DNA from: Dirinaria sp. TL-2023a
Taxonomy: Eukaryota
DNA: 39,128 bases
NCBI GenBank assembly: GCA_051941275.1
Contig: JAVEBF010000051.1
Coordinates: 1 to 39,128, forward strand
Reading direction: 5' to 3'
This document shows positions 11,915 to 22,968 of the stretch, one piece after another. Below the pieces are notes generated by a model, which ran no database searches, was not told the origin of the DNA, and was given only the letters and a program-made list of their open reading frames with translations. Position 1 is the first letter of the stretch, and each line of letters starts with the position of its first letter. The translations under genes were made by a program, and so were the position numbers.

Positions 11915-13390
11915 TCAAGGCATTCCATTTTCTTTCTTCTCATTTGGTCTATCTATTATCTCTTCCAACACACGTTCATTTCCCATCCCTTCAACTCTCT
12001 CAGCTTCGTCCCTCGCGTTCCTCACTTCCCACTCGAATTCCTTCAGTGCCCTGATCTCACTACTCATAAACAATCCTCCAATCAAGCCATCCACGACCCC
12101 TGCCCCGAATCCCAGCGTGCTCAGGAGCATGAGCAAAAACGACACGAATGCTCTTGGAGACCACCAAACAGCGATGAAGCAAGCTATGGATATTGTGACG
12201 GAGGTGATGAAATGCGCCAGACGCAGGCGGCGCTGCCGGCGCTCGCGGGCAGAGTAAGTCGAAATGAGGGAGAGGATATGACTGTATGTGGATGCTGGAA
12301 GGGGAGCTGGGGTGGGAAGGGCGCTACTGCGGTCTGGATTGCGGGAGATTGTGGCTTCGACGGAGAAGTGATCGCTGAGGGAACAATCGAGCGTTGGATG
12401 CCGCTCCGTCATGCCCACTCTCACGGACTGCACATGCCATCGTTCGCTCTCGTTGCTGCCAATGCCATTGCCGAAAAAGATGTAATCGAGGCGTTTCGCT
12501 CGAGGATCAGGTGTATCGACGTCTATGGAGATCTTCTCGCCTTTCGAAAGGCGCTTCTGGAGCTCCTTGCTCCATCTCCACGTGTTGAGTACACCGTCGC
12601 ACGTCGCTCCATTTTCTTTGAGGTTGAACTCCGCATTTGGAATGGGCCGTCCCCTGGCTTTCTCAAGGGGTTGACTTGCTGCGCCTAACGAGGAGTCGGG
12701 GTAACGAACCCTCCAGACATCCTGTACAGGTGCATGCGCTTCGATCAACTGGTGCGCCAGGCTCAATGGCACCATGTTGAAATCCCCGAGGCCGATCACC
12801 ATATGCCCGCGTTCAGCGGAAGCTCGCAGTAACTTTGCGATCTCCCATGCCTGAGCAGTGCGATGGCAGAGATAGCTGTCATTCGGTTCTCGTTCGTAAG
12901 GTGCGTGGAGATGCGTGCAGAACACGTCTACTATTTCCCTTTTGCACTTTCCAGAACCCACCGGAGCAGAAGATGGGAGAAGAATGCTAGCGCACGCAAC
13001 GCCCTTCCCTACGTACCAATCTCCCCGGAAGAAAGCGGTCGGCCGGCCATTGAGGGGATACTGCACCATTGAGCTGCTGGCTATAGGATACTTGGACAAG
13101 ATAGCGAGACCACCGCCAAAGATGCCAGAATGGTAGAATTTGCCATAGGGAAGGATAGTCGATGTGAGGCGGCGGATGGAGAGATAGTCCTCTTGGGTCC
13201 AGCATTCCTGGAGGCCGACGATATCTGGTTGGATAGCGGCTTTCGAGATCTGGTGGCCTATTTCATGGAGGCGCTCTTTACGAAGTTTGGCTATATATTT
13301 AAGACCCCAGCAGTTTAGGGTCAGGATATTGAAAGACGTGGGAGCTGGTGGCGAGTCCGAAGTGAGGGCGTCCTTTGGAGGGGGATTCAT
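11915..13390 (-). CDS. ISC1: Inositol phosphosphingolipid phospholipase C (neutral sphingomyelinase family), 491 aa
   Basis: TLNCWGLK, LQECW, GGGLAILSK, P-loop-like FRGDWYVGKG, THLHAPY, GDFN, RLDYIF and SDHFSV motifs, with two C-terminal hydrophobic helices. Confidence 0.93.
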   Translation of the reverse strand: MNPPPKDALTSDSPPAPTSFNILTLNCWGLKYIAKLRKERLHEIGHQISKAAIQPDIVGLQECWTQEDYLSIRRLTSTILPYGKFYHSGIFGGGLAILSKYPIASSSMVQYPLNGRPTAFFRGDWYVGKGVACASILLPSSAPVGSGKCKREIVDVFCTHLHAPYEREPNDSYLCHRTAQAWEIAKLLRASAERGHMVIGLGDFNMVPLSLAHQLIEAHAPVQDVWRVRYPDSSLGAASQPLEKARGRPIPNAEFNLKENGATCDGVLNTWRWSKELQKRLSKGEKISIDVDTPDPRAKRLDYIFFGNGIGSNESERWHVQSVRVGMTERHPTLDCSLSDHFSVEATISRNPDRSSALPTPAPLPASTYSHILSLISTYSARERRQRRLRLAHFITSVTISIACFIAVWWSPRAFVSFLLMLLSTLGFGAGVVDGLIGGLFMSSEIRALKEFEWEVRNARDEAERVEGMGNERVLEEIIDRPNEKKENGMP

Positions 13391-13708
13391 GTTTGAACTT
13401 AATGACCAAAATCTATGAAAGAACGGAAAGAAGTGATATCGACGTGGTCAAGGCTCTCTCGACCAGGATGAAGAACAGAATATTTTTTCAAATACTACCT
13501 AGAACTGACACATGTGTAAAACGATGGAAGAATCAACATATGAGATGCAGGAAGGAAACTCTCATACCCTGGATTAGAGCAAAATTGACCAATCACAATT
13601 CTTCCGATTTTCAGACCATTCACTAGCCAAAGATGTTCATTGAGATGTAGCGAGGCAGAAAAGAATGGACAAGAATCCACTTCGATGTCCAGAGCAAGAT
13701 GCTTTCTT

Positions 13709-13806
13709 CAGACCCCATGATAACCCTAAGCTGCAGCTCGAGCCATTGGCGACCCTGAGATGGGTGGCTTTCGAAATGCAGACCCTGTCATAACCCTGAC
13801 TTGCAG
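13709..13806. promoter_or_regulatory. 28-bp imperfect direct repeat carrying TAACCCT (telobox-like) in the divergent ISC1/SWD3 intergenic region
   Basis: cagaccccatgataaccctaagctgcag (13709-13736) and cagaccctgtcataaccctgacttgcag (13779-13806) match at 22/28 positions and start 70 nt apart. The regulatory role is inferred. Confidence 0.5.
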
Positions 13807-13940
13807 TACGATCTCGGTTGAGTGGAACATTAATATTCTTCTCGTTCCTAAAGCATCTCTTTCGTGCTTCATGATATTAAAACCCTAAACAGAAGCTCAA
13901 CTTCCTTGTGGTTCGTCGTGCTTCCACCACAGCTATACAA

Positions 13941-15425
13941 ATGGCAGACACAGACACAGAGCAAAGCCGCTCCCCCAAAAGACGTCGAATCGAGAACTAC
14001 GACGGGACGTACGAGGGCACACCGCGGTACAGCTCTCCAGACGAGCTCGCCGGAACCCCCGATCAGAACCGCTACAGCGAACCGCGAAGCGCCACATTCC
14101 GCCGCGACCCACCGACGGAACGGCGGGATCGCAGTTACCCTGGATCTTCGCTCGAGCGGGAGGAGAGCCCGGACGAGTTGGACCATACCGCGCCGATTAT
14201 TGCAGGGCAGGAGACCGAGGAGGAGGACGAGGAGTATGAGAGCGAGGAGGACGAGGAGCGGGATGATGACGGCAGCGCCACCCCCGTCCCCACGAGGGTC
14301 AGGACTCCCATCCCCGAGAAGCAGGAGGCCGTGTTCGTGCCTTATAGGCCGAGGGCGGTATTGCGAGGACATAAGCGAGGGGTCGCCGCGGTGCGGTTCT
14401 CGCCCGACGGGAAAATGATCGGCAGTTGCTGTGAGTAGTCAGGCCAAAAAAAACCCCCCGGATCCACGATTCAATGAGGCGAGGGAGGTGTCAGTCTGTG
14501 CTGACTGGAAATGTTTTGGAATATAGCCGCTGACGCCAGTATCAGAGTCTGGGACACGGCGAGCGGGAAGTGCATTGGCATCCTCGAGGGTCATCTGGCT
14601 GGGATATCGACCTTGGCCTGGTCGCCCGACAGCAAGACGATCGCGTCCGGGTCGGACGATAAATCGATCCGTCTGTGGGACGTCTCGACGGGCAAAGCGT
14701 ATCCGCATCCGCTGCGCGGCCACCACAACTACATTTCGACGCTGTGCTTCTCTCCGAAAGGCAACATGCTCGTGTCGGGATCCTACGACGAGGCGGTCTT
14801 CCTCTGGGACGTGCGCACAGGACGGATCATGCGCTCGCTGCCCGCGCACTCGGATCCCGTTGGTGGAGTCGACTTCGTGCGCGACGGCACGCTGATCGTG
14901 AGCTGTGCTGGGGACGGCTTGATCCGGGTGTGGGACACCATGAGTGGGCAGTGTCTCCGGACTTTGGTCCATGAAGATAATGCGGCGGTGCAGAGCGTAC
15001 GGTTCAGCCCGAACGGGAAATACGTGCTAGCGTGGACACTGGACGGATGCGTCAGGCTCTGGGACTACGTGGAGGGAAGATGTCTCAAGACGTATCAAGG
15101 CCATGCCAACGCGAAGTATGGCTTGGCCGGCGCATTCGGGGTTTATGGTGGTCGGAGTTGGGAGCGGGGGAAGAAGGCGTTTGTTGTGAGTGGGAGCGAG
15201 GACGGAGGTATATTGTGGTGGGATGTGGTCAGTAAGGATGTGCTGCAGAGGGTTGATGGCCATGAAGGCGTCGTTTTGGGCGTTGATACCTGGGAAGGGG
15301 ACGAGAGTGGGCTCGTGGTGAGTTGTGGGTTGGATAAGACGATCAGGATCTGGGAAAGGGATGAGCAAAGGGACGAAGCAATGCCCGATGGCGTCGATGC
15401 CGACCCAGACGCTATGGTAGACTGA
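13941..15425 (+). CDS. SWD3: WD40 repeat protein, WDR5/Swd3 (COMPASS subunit), about 462 aa; exons 13941-14430, 14527-15425
   Basis: Seven WD repeats including LRGHKRGVAAVRFSPDG, GHHNYI..CFSPKGNMLVSGSYDEAV, LPAHSDPV and CLKTYQGH. Intron 14431-14526 (GTGAGT..CTGAC..TAG) restores SCSADASIRVWD. Confidence 0.92.
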
Positions 15426-15756
15426 AGCCTGAGTCGAAAGGCTTCGAAAAAGGGTTTCACTCAGGCAAAACTGATTCCATGTACTATATGAGTCTGATGC
15501 AATCGACTATTCTCGGGGCCACTTGAGGCTGTAAAAGCGATGTTACTTCTCTTTCTTGGGATAAGTTGATTTTTTCCCCCCTCGAACACTCTTAGGAGCG
15601 GACATCGGAAATTGGGAAATTTAGCGTTCCTTTTTTTTTTGTGTTTTTTTTTTTAGAGACACATACGGAGCCCGAAAGGTACAGCTTGCCGATTTCTCCT
15701 ACTATTTGCAATACATAATCATTGCCCTCTTCGGTGGATTAGACATGCAATCTCAA

Positions 15757-18129
15757 TCACAGCAAGCCAACATCCAGAGACGACATCGCACAAGCAGCAA
15801 CAACAACAGCAGCAGCAAGTAATGCTCCGACCGAGGGACGCAAAGAGACACACGAAGCAGCGCTAGTCATCTGCTTCTGCTGCTGCTGCTGTTGCGACTC
15901 AGGTACGGTACTGTTTTCGTGACGCTGAATGAGGGCTTGTTGTTCATAGTAGCCGGCCATCGAATAGCCGGGCGGCGGTACACTACCACCCTGACCTAAG
16001 ATATCTGCAGCGATCTTTTCGGCCAGCGCGTAGATTGTGCTTTGCGGATGGCCTGGGCTCCCATTACTATTGTATGAGTTGGAAGGGGAGGGAAAAAAAA
16101 AAGAATAAGGTTCACGAGGAAGTATTGTGCGGCCTTTTGAGGAAAGGGAGTTACTATCAGAATGGAACTGACTTACCAGGGGGCAAGAAGGGGAACGCGC
16201 TGGCGTCCACCACCCGCAGATTTTGTACTCCAAAGACCCGCGCTCGGCTGTCGACTACAGCCATGTCGTCCGTGGCATTGCCCATCTTACAGGTCGCTGC
16301 CGCGTGGTAGATGGTCATGAAGCTCTTCTGGATGTAGGCCAGGATGTCCTGGTCCGATGTCACGTTCAGGCCCGGCAGAGTCTCTACATCTCCCACGGTC
16401 ACTCCGTCTTGGGCTAGAACGGACCAGACCTGGCGTGAGCGTTTGAAGCTTTCAATTGCGAGCTGTTGATCGGTCGGATCGGAAAGCCAATTGGGGTTCA
16501 GCACCGGTGGATCTTCCATGTCCGGGCTTGAGATGGTCACATTTCCGCGAGATAGAGGGGCTATCAGACCGGGATTGATAGTGGCGTAGTTGTAGCCGTC
16601 GTGGGGATCTTCTGTCTGTCGGTTTGTCTGATAGCCGAGATACGCGCTGATCGGTAGCCACTCGAGCTCCGGCCAGTCCGATGGGAAGGTAGCAAGTGCC
16701 GCGAGGGAAGATTTGGAAAGATTGCCGCGATATGGGCTTGGGAGATTCTCCCATCCATAATAGCCGGCACCAAACGCTGCAAGAGGCCCTGAACCATTGG
16801 CACGGAACTGTTCAGCAAGCTTGGCAGCTGCCGATGGATTGTTCAACGAATTGGAGCCAGTGAGAACGTTAACTCGGCGATTGGCCCCAAAGAGAATGTG
16901 GTCCCACATATTTTGTCCAACTCCGGCCAAGTCCTTGATCACTTGGATACCGAATTGCTGAAGAGTCTTTTGAGGGCCAATGCCGGAGACCATGAGTAAT
17001 TGAGGCGATTGGAAAGCACCGGCGCAGACGATTACTTCTTTTCTGGCACCCAGAGTGAAGTTCAGCGGCTTTGTACCATACGTGCCGGCCGTTGCTACTA
17101 ATACACCCGTTGCCGTATTGTTGTCGAATAATACCTTTCGGGCCAAACTATTCTTATAAATGATAGGCGCCGTACCGTTCTGTAGGGCAGCTTGCAAAAA
17201 GCTTGACTCGGAAGACGAGCGATAGCCATTTCTGGGATCAATTGACAGAGTGGAGTAAGCAGAACCATTGAGCACACCCGCGTTAAGACTATTGAGCACC
17301 TTCATACCAACTCCAACGAACCCCTTTTGAGCCCATGTTCCAAATGCATCTGCATAATTGCTGAATGAAACGTGTAATGGCCCTCCCTCGGGCTCGAAAA
17401 GACTTGGATCTTGAGGATAGATTGTTGAATTGTACAAAGCTGGATTATACGAAGTGTAGTTGCATGACTTTTTGTAGAAGGGCAAGAAATTGTCCCAGGA
17501 ATAACTTTGATCGCCCACCTCATCGGCCCACTTCTGAAGAGCGCCTTTTGTCGGACTGCAACAGTCGATCAGCTTTGCCTTTCATGTCAAAGTAAATGTC
17601 CTGGTGTGGAACACTAACCGATGATAGACCATGTAATGCCGGGCAGAGGAACCTCCGAGGGTCTTTCCTCGTGCGTAATGTATTGTGCGATTTCCGGCAG
17701 CCTGCGAAGCAGACATCGTTAGACCATGCCTTTTTGCCAATCTAGATCGCAAACACCTACGGGTTGCGGCACTGTGGAGAAGCCCCAATCAATGAGAGGT
17801 TGGTAATTCTTGGGATCTGATCCCGTGTAATAGTTGGCGTATCCAGGAACAGTGCTTCGATTGCCATTGTCGACTTCATAGAAACCTCCAGCCTCTACAA
17901 CGGCGACGCTGACGGCGGCGTCCGAAGCGAGTCTCGTGGCGAGTGTCAAACCTGCGGTCCCTCCGCCAACTATCACATAGTCGAAAGTCGCATTTGTGCC
18001 AGGAGCACTCAAGGAAGTCCCTAGAATGTCGCCAATCCCTCCACTAATGTATGTCAAGAGGTTGACCTCTCCCGACGCCGGCATAAACCAAAGGAAAAGT
18101 AATACAGCTTGGAACAATACGCAATTCAT
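15757..18129 (-). CDS. Secreted GMC (AA3_2-type) FAD oxidoreductase, PatE/versicolorin-B-synthase-like, about 708 aa; exons 18129-17761, 17701-17619, 17555-16177, 16052-15757
   Basis: Signal peptide, FDYVIVGGGTAG, RGKTLGGSS, GAFQSPQLLMVSGIGP, GVGQNMWDH, catalytic YHAAATCKMG and GHPQST. Three GT-AG introns (17760-17702, 17618-17556, 16176-16053) join the fragments in frame. Confidence 0.92.
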
Positions 18130-19236
18130 TGTCGCTGCCTGTACGTATGATCCGGAAAACGGGAAACGAGACTGTGCGAGGGAGTGAAATGAAAAGCGCA
18201 GCTAGCCAAAGTGAAGAGAACGCTTTGCAATCACGGCAAAAGCTTTGACAGTACTTACAACGGGTAAAAGGCGAGACTGGTCTCTGCAAAGCAGCAATTT
18301 CGATCCAAGGCGACATTATTGCATACAAGCTCAGACCGTGATTTAGACACCACCGGCTATCGCTTGCCGTCTGATCTTCCCTTTAGACCAAGCTTCGCAC
18401 GGGATCCTCCAAATCAGCTTCTGTTGCTGAAGATGCTATGATACAATGGCTGACGGCTAGTGGCCTGCAACCCCGCAACATCGTGGTTATTGCACGTTTG
18501 CTGCAAGGCACAGTCAATGTCTCCTGCTTCAGAGTGCCTTAGATGTCGATCTTTGCATGGAAGACGTGCTGAGTGCTTAGATACACTCAGGAAGGTAAAG
18601 CCCGTCACTATCTAGCGTGCCAGTCATCAGAAAAAACCATCGATCGAGCTGCAAAACCCGTCGATATCTAAACGGCTTGGCGCGTAGAACTTCAGAAGCT
18701 TCACCGCCCGAGAAACGTCCGAAGTTCACAAACACTACTAAGTAAGTCTTGCCACTCAATGGGAACGATCCAAATAACCTGGGGCTTGGAAAGGTGTTCT
18801 TTACTCCGGCAGCCTGAGTCTAGTACCAGATTTGTTCTCGATCTGGCATTCGCTTGTTGTATTTATAGTAGAATGAGCGGGTGTCGTGGAACTATGGAGT
18901 ACGAAGTATGATCTGTGGAATCTACATGTACTCATCCTCGCAACAGCATCCGGTCATCGGTATGGAGCTGCCTGTAATTATTGTTGACTTGGTGACTGAA
19001 AGCAGATTCCTTATGGGCATCTATCAGGATTTTCGCGTACGTACTCCTTGCTCGTCTTCGAGTTTTAGTCAAGATTAACGTTAATGGTAATATTGACGGA
19101 TACTTAGTGACTTGGTAGGTTGGCTATTTCGTGGCAGAATTGCCTTTGAGTGTCAATCATGTATTACCGAACATCAGACATGCATCTAAACATGTAACGC
19201 CTTCGGAAGAAACGCACCACAGACCGGTCCTGCAAG

Positions 19237-20432
19237 TTAGGTCTTTTGGAGCATTGTTAAAGACGCAATATCCTCTTGTACGATTGGCGAGTCAATACCA
19301 AAACATCGAATATTGTTACGCAATGCTCTCTTTGCGTACTGCTTGGCTGCCTCCCTTTCGCCATATTCTTCAAGTAGCATTGCCGCTTCCTTTAATTGAA
19401 CCCCAAGCTCTCTTTGACGGAGTTGTTCCTCTTCCAAGAGTTGGATTATCTCAAGACGTATTTTTAAAAGGCTAGTTGCTGCTGGTCTACTTGTTTTGCG
19501 CGGCGACAACCTGGACGCGGAGTCACTAATCTCATGGTCGAGTTCCATCAGTTGACGACGTCGTTCTTCACTAACTCGGCCAGTATGTGTGACCTGTTGG
19601 CAAGCATCACAACTGCAATCGAAGCCATACGCCTCAAGCCTCCTTCGCCGACTATACGCATCTTTGTGCGTTGGGCAATAACTCGTTTCAATCTCCTGTC
19701 CTGCACTGATGTCGATGATAGCATGCACAGTTTCCCGGTCGATATTGGCATTCCAAGCGAAATGTGCATTTGGCGTGCATGAATGATTAATTCGAGAGGC
19801 AAGTAGGAAGATACCAGTGTCGTGGCCCATTGCGAAACAATTTGCGTCCCAAATCCGGATTACTGGGCTTCGTCCAGGGTGATCTGGGCATCGAAGCTGC
19901 ATGTAGCTCCTTTTATCTTCTGGCGATAATGCGTCGAACGCTGCCTCAATTTCGGAATACAGAGCTTTCGGTCCAAGAACCGAGAATAGGCACTGGTCGG
20001 CCATGATTCGAGTACCTTTAGGGATGTCGACGAGCGCGAAGACACCTAGTCCTTTCCCGTCCGATGGCCGAATCTCGCATAGCCTCTCGCAGCCTGATGG
20101 GGAGGGTACGTTAGCGTCGCTAAGGAATTCGCTTTCCAAGTTCAGCTCCGTCAACAATGATCGCATCGCTGACATATCAAACGGCTCTTGTGCGTTTTGT
20201 CTGGCGTGAGCTGCTTCTGCGAGATCTGATTCCTCATGACCGCTGGAGACTGACTTTGGTGAGCTACTGGGGATTTCGATGGAACTCGTCTCGCTCGCCG
20301 TGTTCGACTGATTCTATATTTCTGTTTAGGGTCGATCACAGTACAGCGAACGCAACACAATCGCACCTTTGCCTCCCTCGCTCTTGCTCTTTGCTGCTGC
20401 CGGAGAGCAGCTGCTGACTTACTCTTTCCCAT
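19237..20432 (-). CDS. SET-domain lysine methyltransferase (fungal SMYD/Set5-like) with helical TPR-like C-terminus, about 380 aa; exons 20432-20367, 20313-19237
   Basis: GKGLGVFA, SRINHSCTPNA, GQEIETSY and post-SET FDCSCDAC. The first exon MGKSKSAAALRQQQRARAREAK joins through intron 20366-20314 (GTGCGA..TAG) and is less certain than the main exon. Confidence 0.85.
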
Positions 20433-21747
20433 GACTTTTTATAGTTGAAGGGGGGCTTTCAAGTTGACTCGGATGAAGAGCTTGTTTGGGATCAATGTAA
20501 TATTTTGCAGGCTAGGAACCCATTATGAGACGCCATCATCCAATAGTCTGCTTATTCTTGTGCATAAGATCAAATGATCAAGGGTTCCTTCCAAAAGAAT
20601 TGCGATTTGTGAACAATCACAGTCAGTCAAAGAGCTTAGTCAGAACATTCTAGAAGTGATGCTTAATTAAAGTGAAGATGACGTTCACAGTCACAAAACT
20701 CGGCCCTACCTGTAAGGTATTCCTTGATACTCACATTTCTGAGCACTCCATGATTCATGATTGAGGCTACTTGAGGCCTCAGGTCTCTCACCTTGATCAG
20801 TGGCAGCGGAAAGACTTCGGTATTTGCTGATCATTGTACGAGTACCACCAGCCGCAGAATTGTGTTGTGAGAGCCTTGCCCCTGAGGTAGAAGGAGAGCG
20901 GCCTTCGTATTTGCTGGAGGCCCCAAGACCAACTTTGAAATTCCACGCGTGTTTTGAAAAGGAGTTCGAGTACTATTCTTTCCGTGCGACTCGCTAGGTT
21001 AGAATAGCCTCTATGAATAGGAATGTGGCCTGCAGTACACCGTTGAGGAAGTATCTTTTACCTTACTGCACAACCAGCACCGCGCACTATTACACATCCC
21101 CAACATCCTTACTTATAACGGCGATTAGGTGTAACAGGAACGACCAATAGCAGGAAAGCCGACAGCACCAAGATATAGCCCATGATCGAGCTTGAACACC
21201 CTATAGAAATGCAATTTAAGGACTGTAAAAATTGCCTCTCGCAGGGCAAGAGCCAAAACTGAATCGATCTCCCGTCCTACCACGAGACGTTCTCGTCATC
21301 TCCAAAAACATGGATCCACATCCCTAGCTTGAAAGTCAAGCACCAAGGCTGAAAGAGGAGTCAAGAAAGAGCCCGAGAGAAGGGAAGACGAGGTGACTGT
21401 AGGTTTCAAACGGCTGCAAGCCAGATATATATAGTATCAATACATTCCCTTCTTATATACGTACCTAAGACCTACCTTAGATTGCCGATTCGAAACCGTT
21501 ACCCTGAAGCCTCATGTGCGACCTTACCCGTCCGTTGTCATCAAGCGCAGGTTGTTGCCCAGATCTGCGCCTTCGCTATGCCAAATGCGCATCCATCCCA
21601 AAATCCGTGTACTCATCATGATTTTAGCCCAGCTTTTGTTAAGAGGCCACCCAACCCTCGTGTTCGGTGCTGCATCATCCAAAGGCAGCTTTTACTCGCC
21701 AGGCGGACATCTGCGTCCGACACCACATGTTGCCCATCCATGTTTCA

Positions 21748-22968
21748 TCAAGCCCTGAGTTTCAATTCTTCCCCACAATCCAACACTGCTACATCGGTTC
21801 CGCTTTTACTTCTGGCGACCAGTTCCCTGACCTGCCCCACATTATACTTTCTCGTCGCAACTTTCATCACTGCAAGTCCACTGTTCTCCTTTTCTTCGTC
21901 ATGGGCACTGATCCAGCATCTGGCCATGAGGTTCTGCGCTATTTCTACGCCTCCGGGCAAGCCTGCATTGACGTTACCTCCAAGCCACCAAGGGTTTTGA
22001 ACTCGATCGAAGGAATGAAGTAGAGCCGTAAGAGGGAGCGCAGCGGAAGTGACGAGGTGCGAAGAGGCATACGGACGAATCAAGTCATAGGAGACCCCGT
22101 GGGGAGAGTATATCAACGATAAAGTTTTTTCGGGTATGGGACGAGAAGTGACAGAAGAGACAGACGAGACTGAGGGTGAGTTGGCCGTGTGGGTCTGCGA
22201 AGTCATACTCGTGGCCGTAGTCGCCGAACTCATTTGTGATGAAGCGTTGGACACTGTCGCCGTACTCGAGGATAACATGCTCGTTCTCTGAAGTGGTGAT
22301 TCGGGCGGGGTTAGGGGAGTGCTCTGCGCTTGAAACGATGGTTGCTGCGGTAATTCATACACTGAATTCGGAGGCGGCGTTGGTATAGAAAATGTAATCG
22401 GTGGCGGTGTTGGGGCTGACGGTGGGCGGTAAGTGATGCCTACAGCATTATGGAGGCCAGACATGTCCATTTTAGCAGGGATGAAAGCAATGGTTGCTTC
22501 GCCTGGTAGACCGTCGGGAGACGTCGGTGGGATATAGAAGCGTATAACGGAATCTGGTCTTCTATCGGAAAAGGTGGGAAGGGCGAATACTCGGGACGGA
22601 TCGAAATGTTTCATTCCTTGGATCCTTTTGGCTGCTGCAGGTTGAGCGAGCACGGTGATTGATTTAGACAGAGGATTGAGTTGGCGAAGTGTCGCCTCAT
22701 GACAGTGATCAGGTTTATCTTGGGAGACGAGGACGACGTTGGGTTCGGGGATTTGCGAAAGGTCTGAAATGCAAGATTCGACGGTGTGTTTCGATAGAAG
22801 GAATTTGGGATGCCACATGGAGCTCGGACCACTGAGCCAGGGGTCGATGAGGACGGTGAAGGTGCCTGGAGGTTGTCGATGGTAAGACGAGACAAGTGTG
22901 GGTGTTTTGGGCGCGAAGGTGAGCAGGAAGGTGGTGTCGCCGTTCAAGTGCTTGACGGTTAAAGACAT
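21748..22968 (-). CDS. Hypothetical protein with metallo-beta-lactamase-like motifs and a Ser/Thr/Pro-rich insert, 406 aa
   Basis: Long clean ORF with VLIDPWL, SQDKPDHCHEATL (degenerate HxHxDH), YSPHG and WISAHDE. The fold assignment is inferred from motif resemblance. Confidence 0.7.
   Translation of the reverse strand: MSLTVKHLNGDTTFLLTFAPKTPTLVSSYHRQPPGTFTVLIDPWLSGPSSMWHPKFLLSKHTVESCISDLSQIPEPNVVLVSQDKPDHCHEATLRQLNPLSKSITVLAQPAAAKRIQGMKHFDPSRVFALPTFSDRRPDSVIRFYIPPTSPDGLPGEATIAFIPAKMDMSGLHNAVGITYRPPSAPTPPPITFSIPTPPPNSVYELPQQPSFQAQSTPLTPPESPLQRTSMLSSSTATVSNASSQMSSATTATSMTSQTHTANSPSVSSVSSVTSRPIPEKTLSLIYSPHGVSYDLIRPYASSHLVTSAALPLTALLHSFDRVQNPWWLGGNVNAGLPGGVEIAQNLMARCWISAHDEEKENSGLAVMKVATRKYNVGQVRELVARSKSGTDVAVLDCGEELKLRA

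Noticed and set aside
202..18129. Tyrosinase, GMC oxidoreductase and the distant P450 as a secondary-metabolite cluster
   Set aside because: They are separated by housekeeping genes, and no PKS, NRPS, terpene synthase, transporter or cluster regulator is present in the window.
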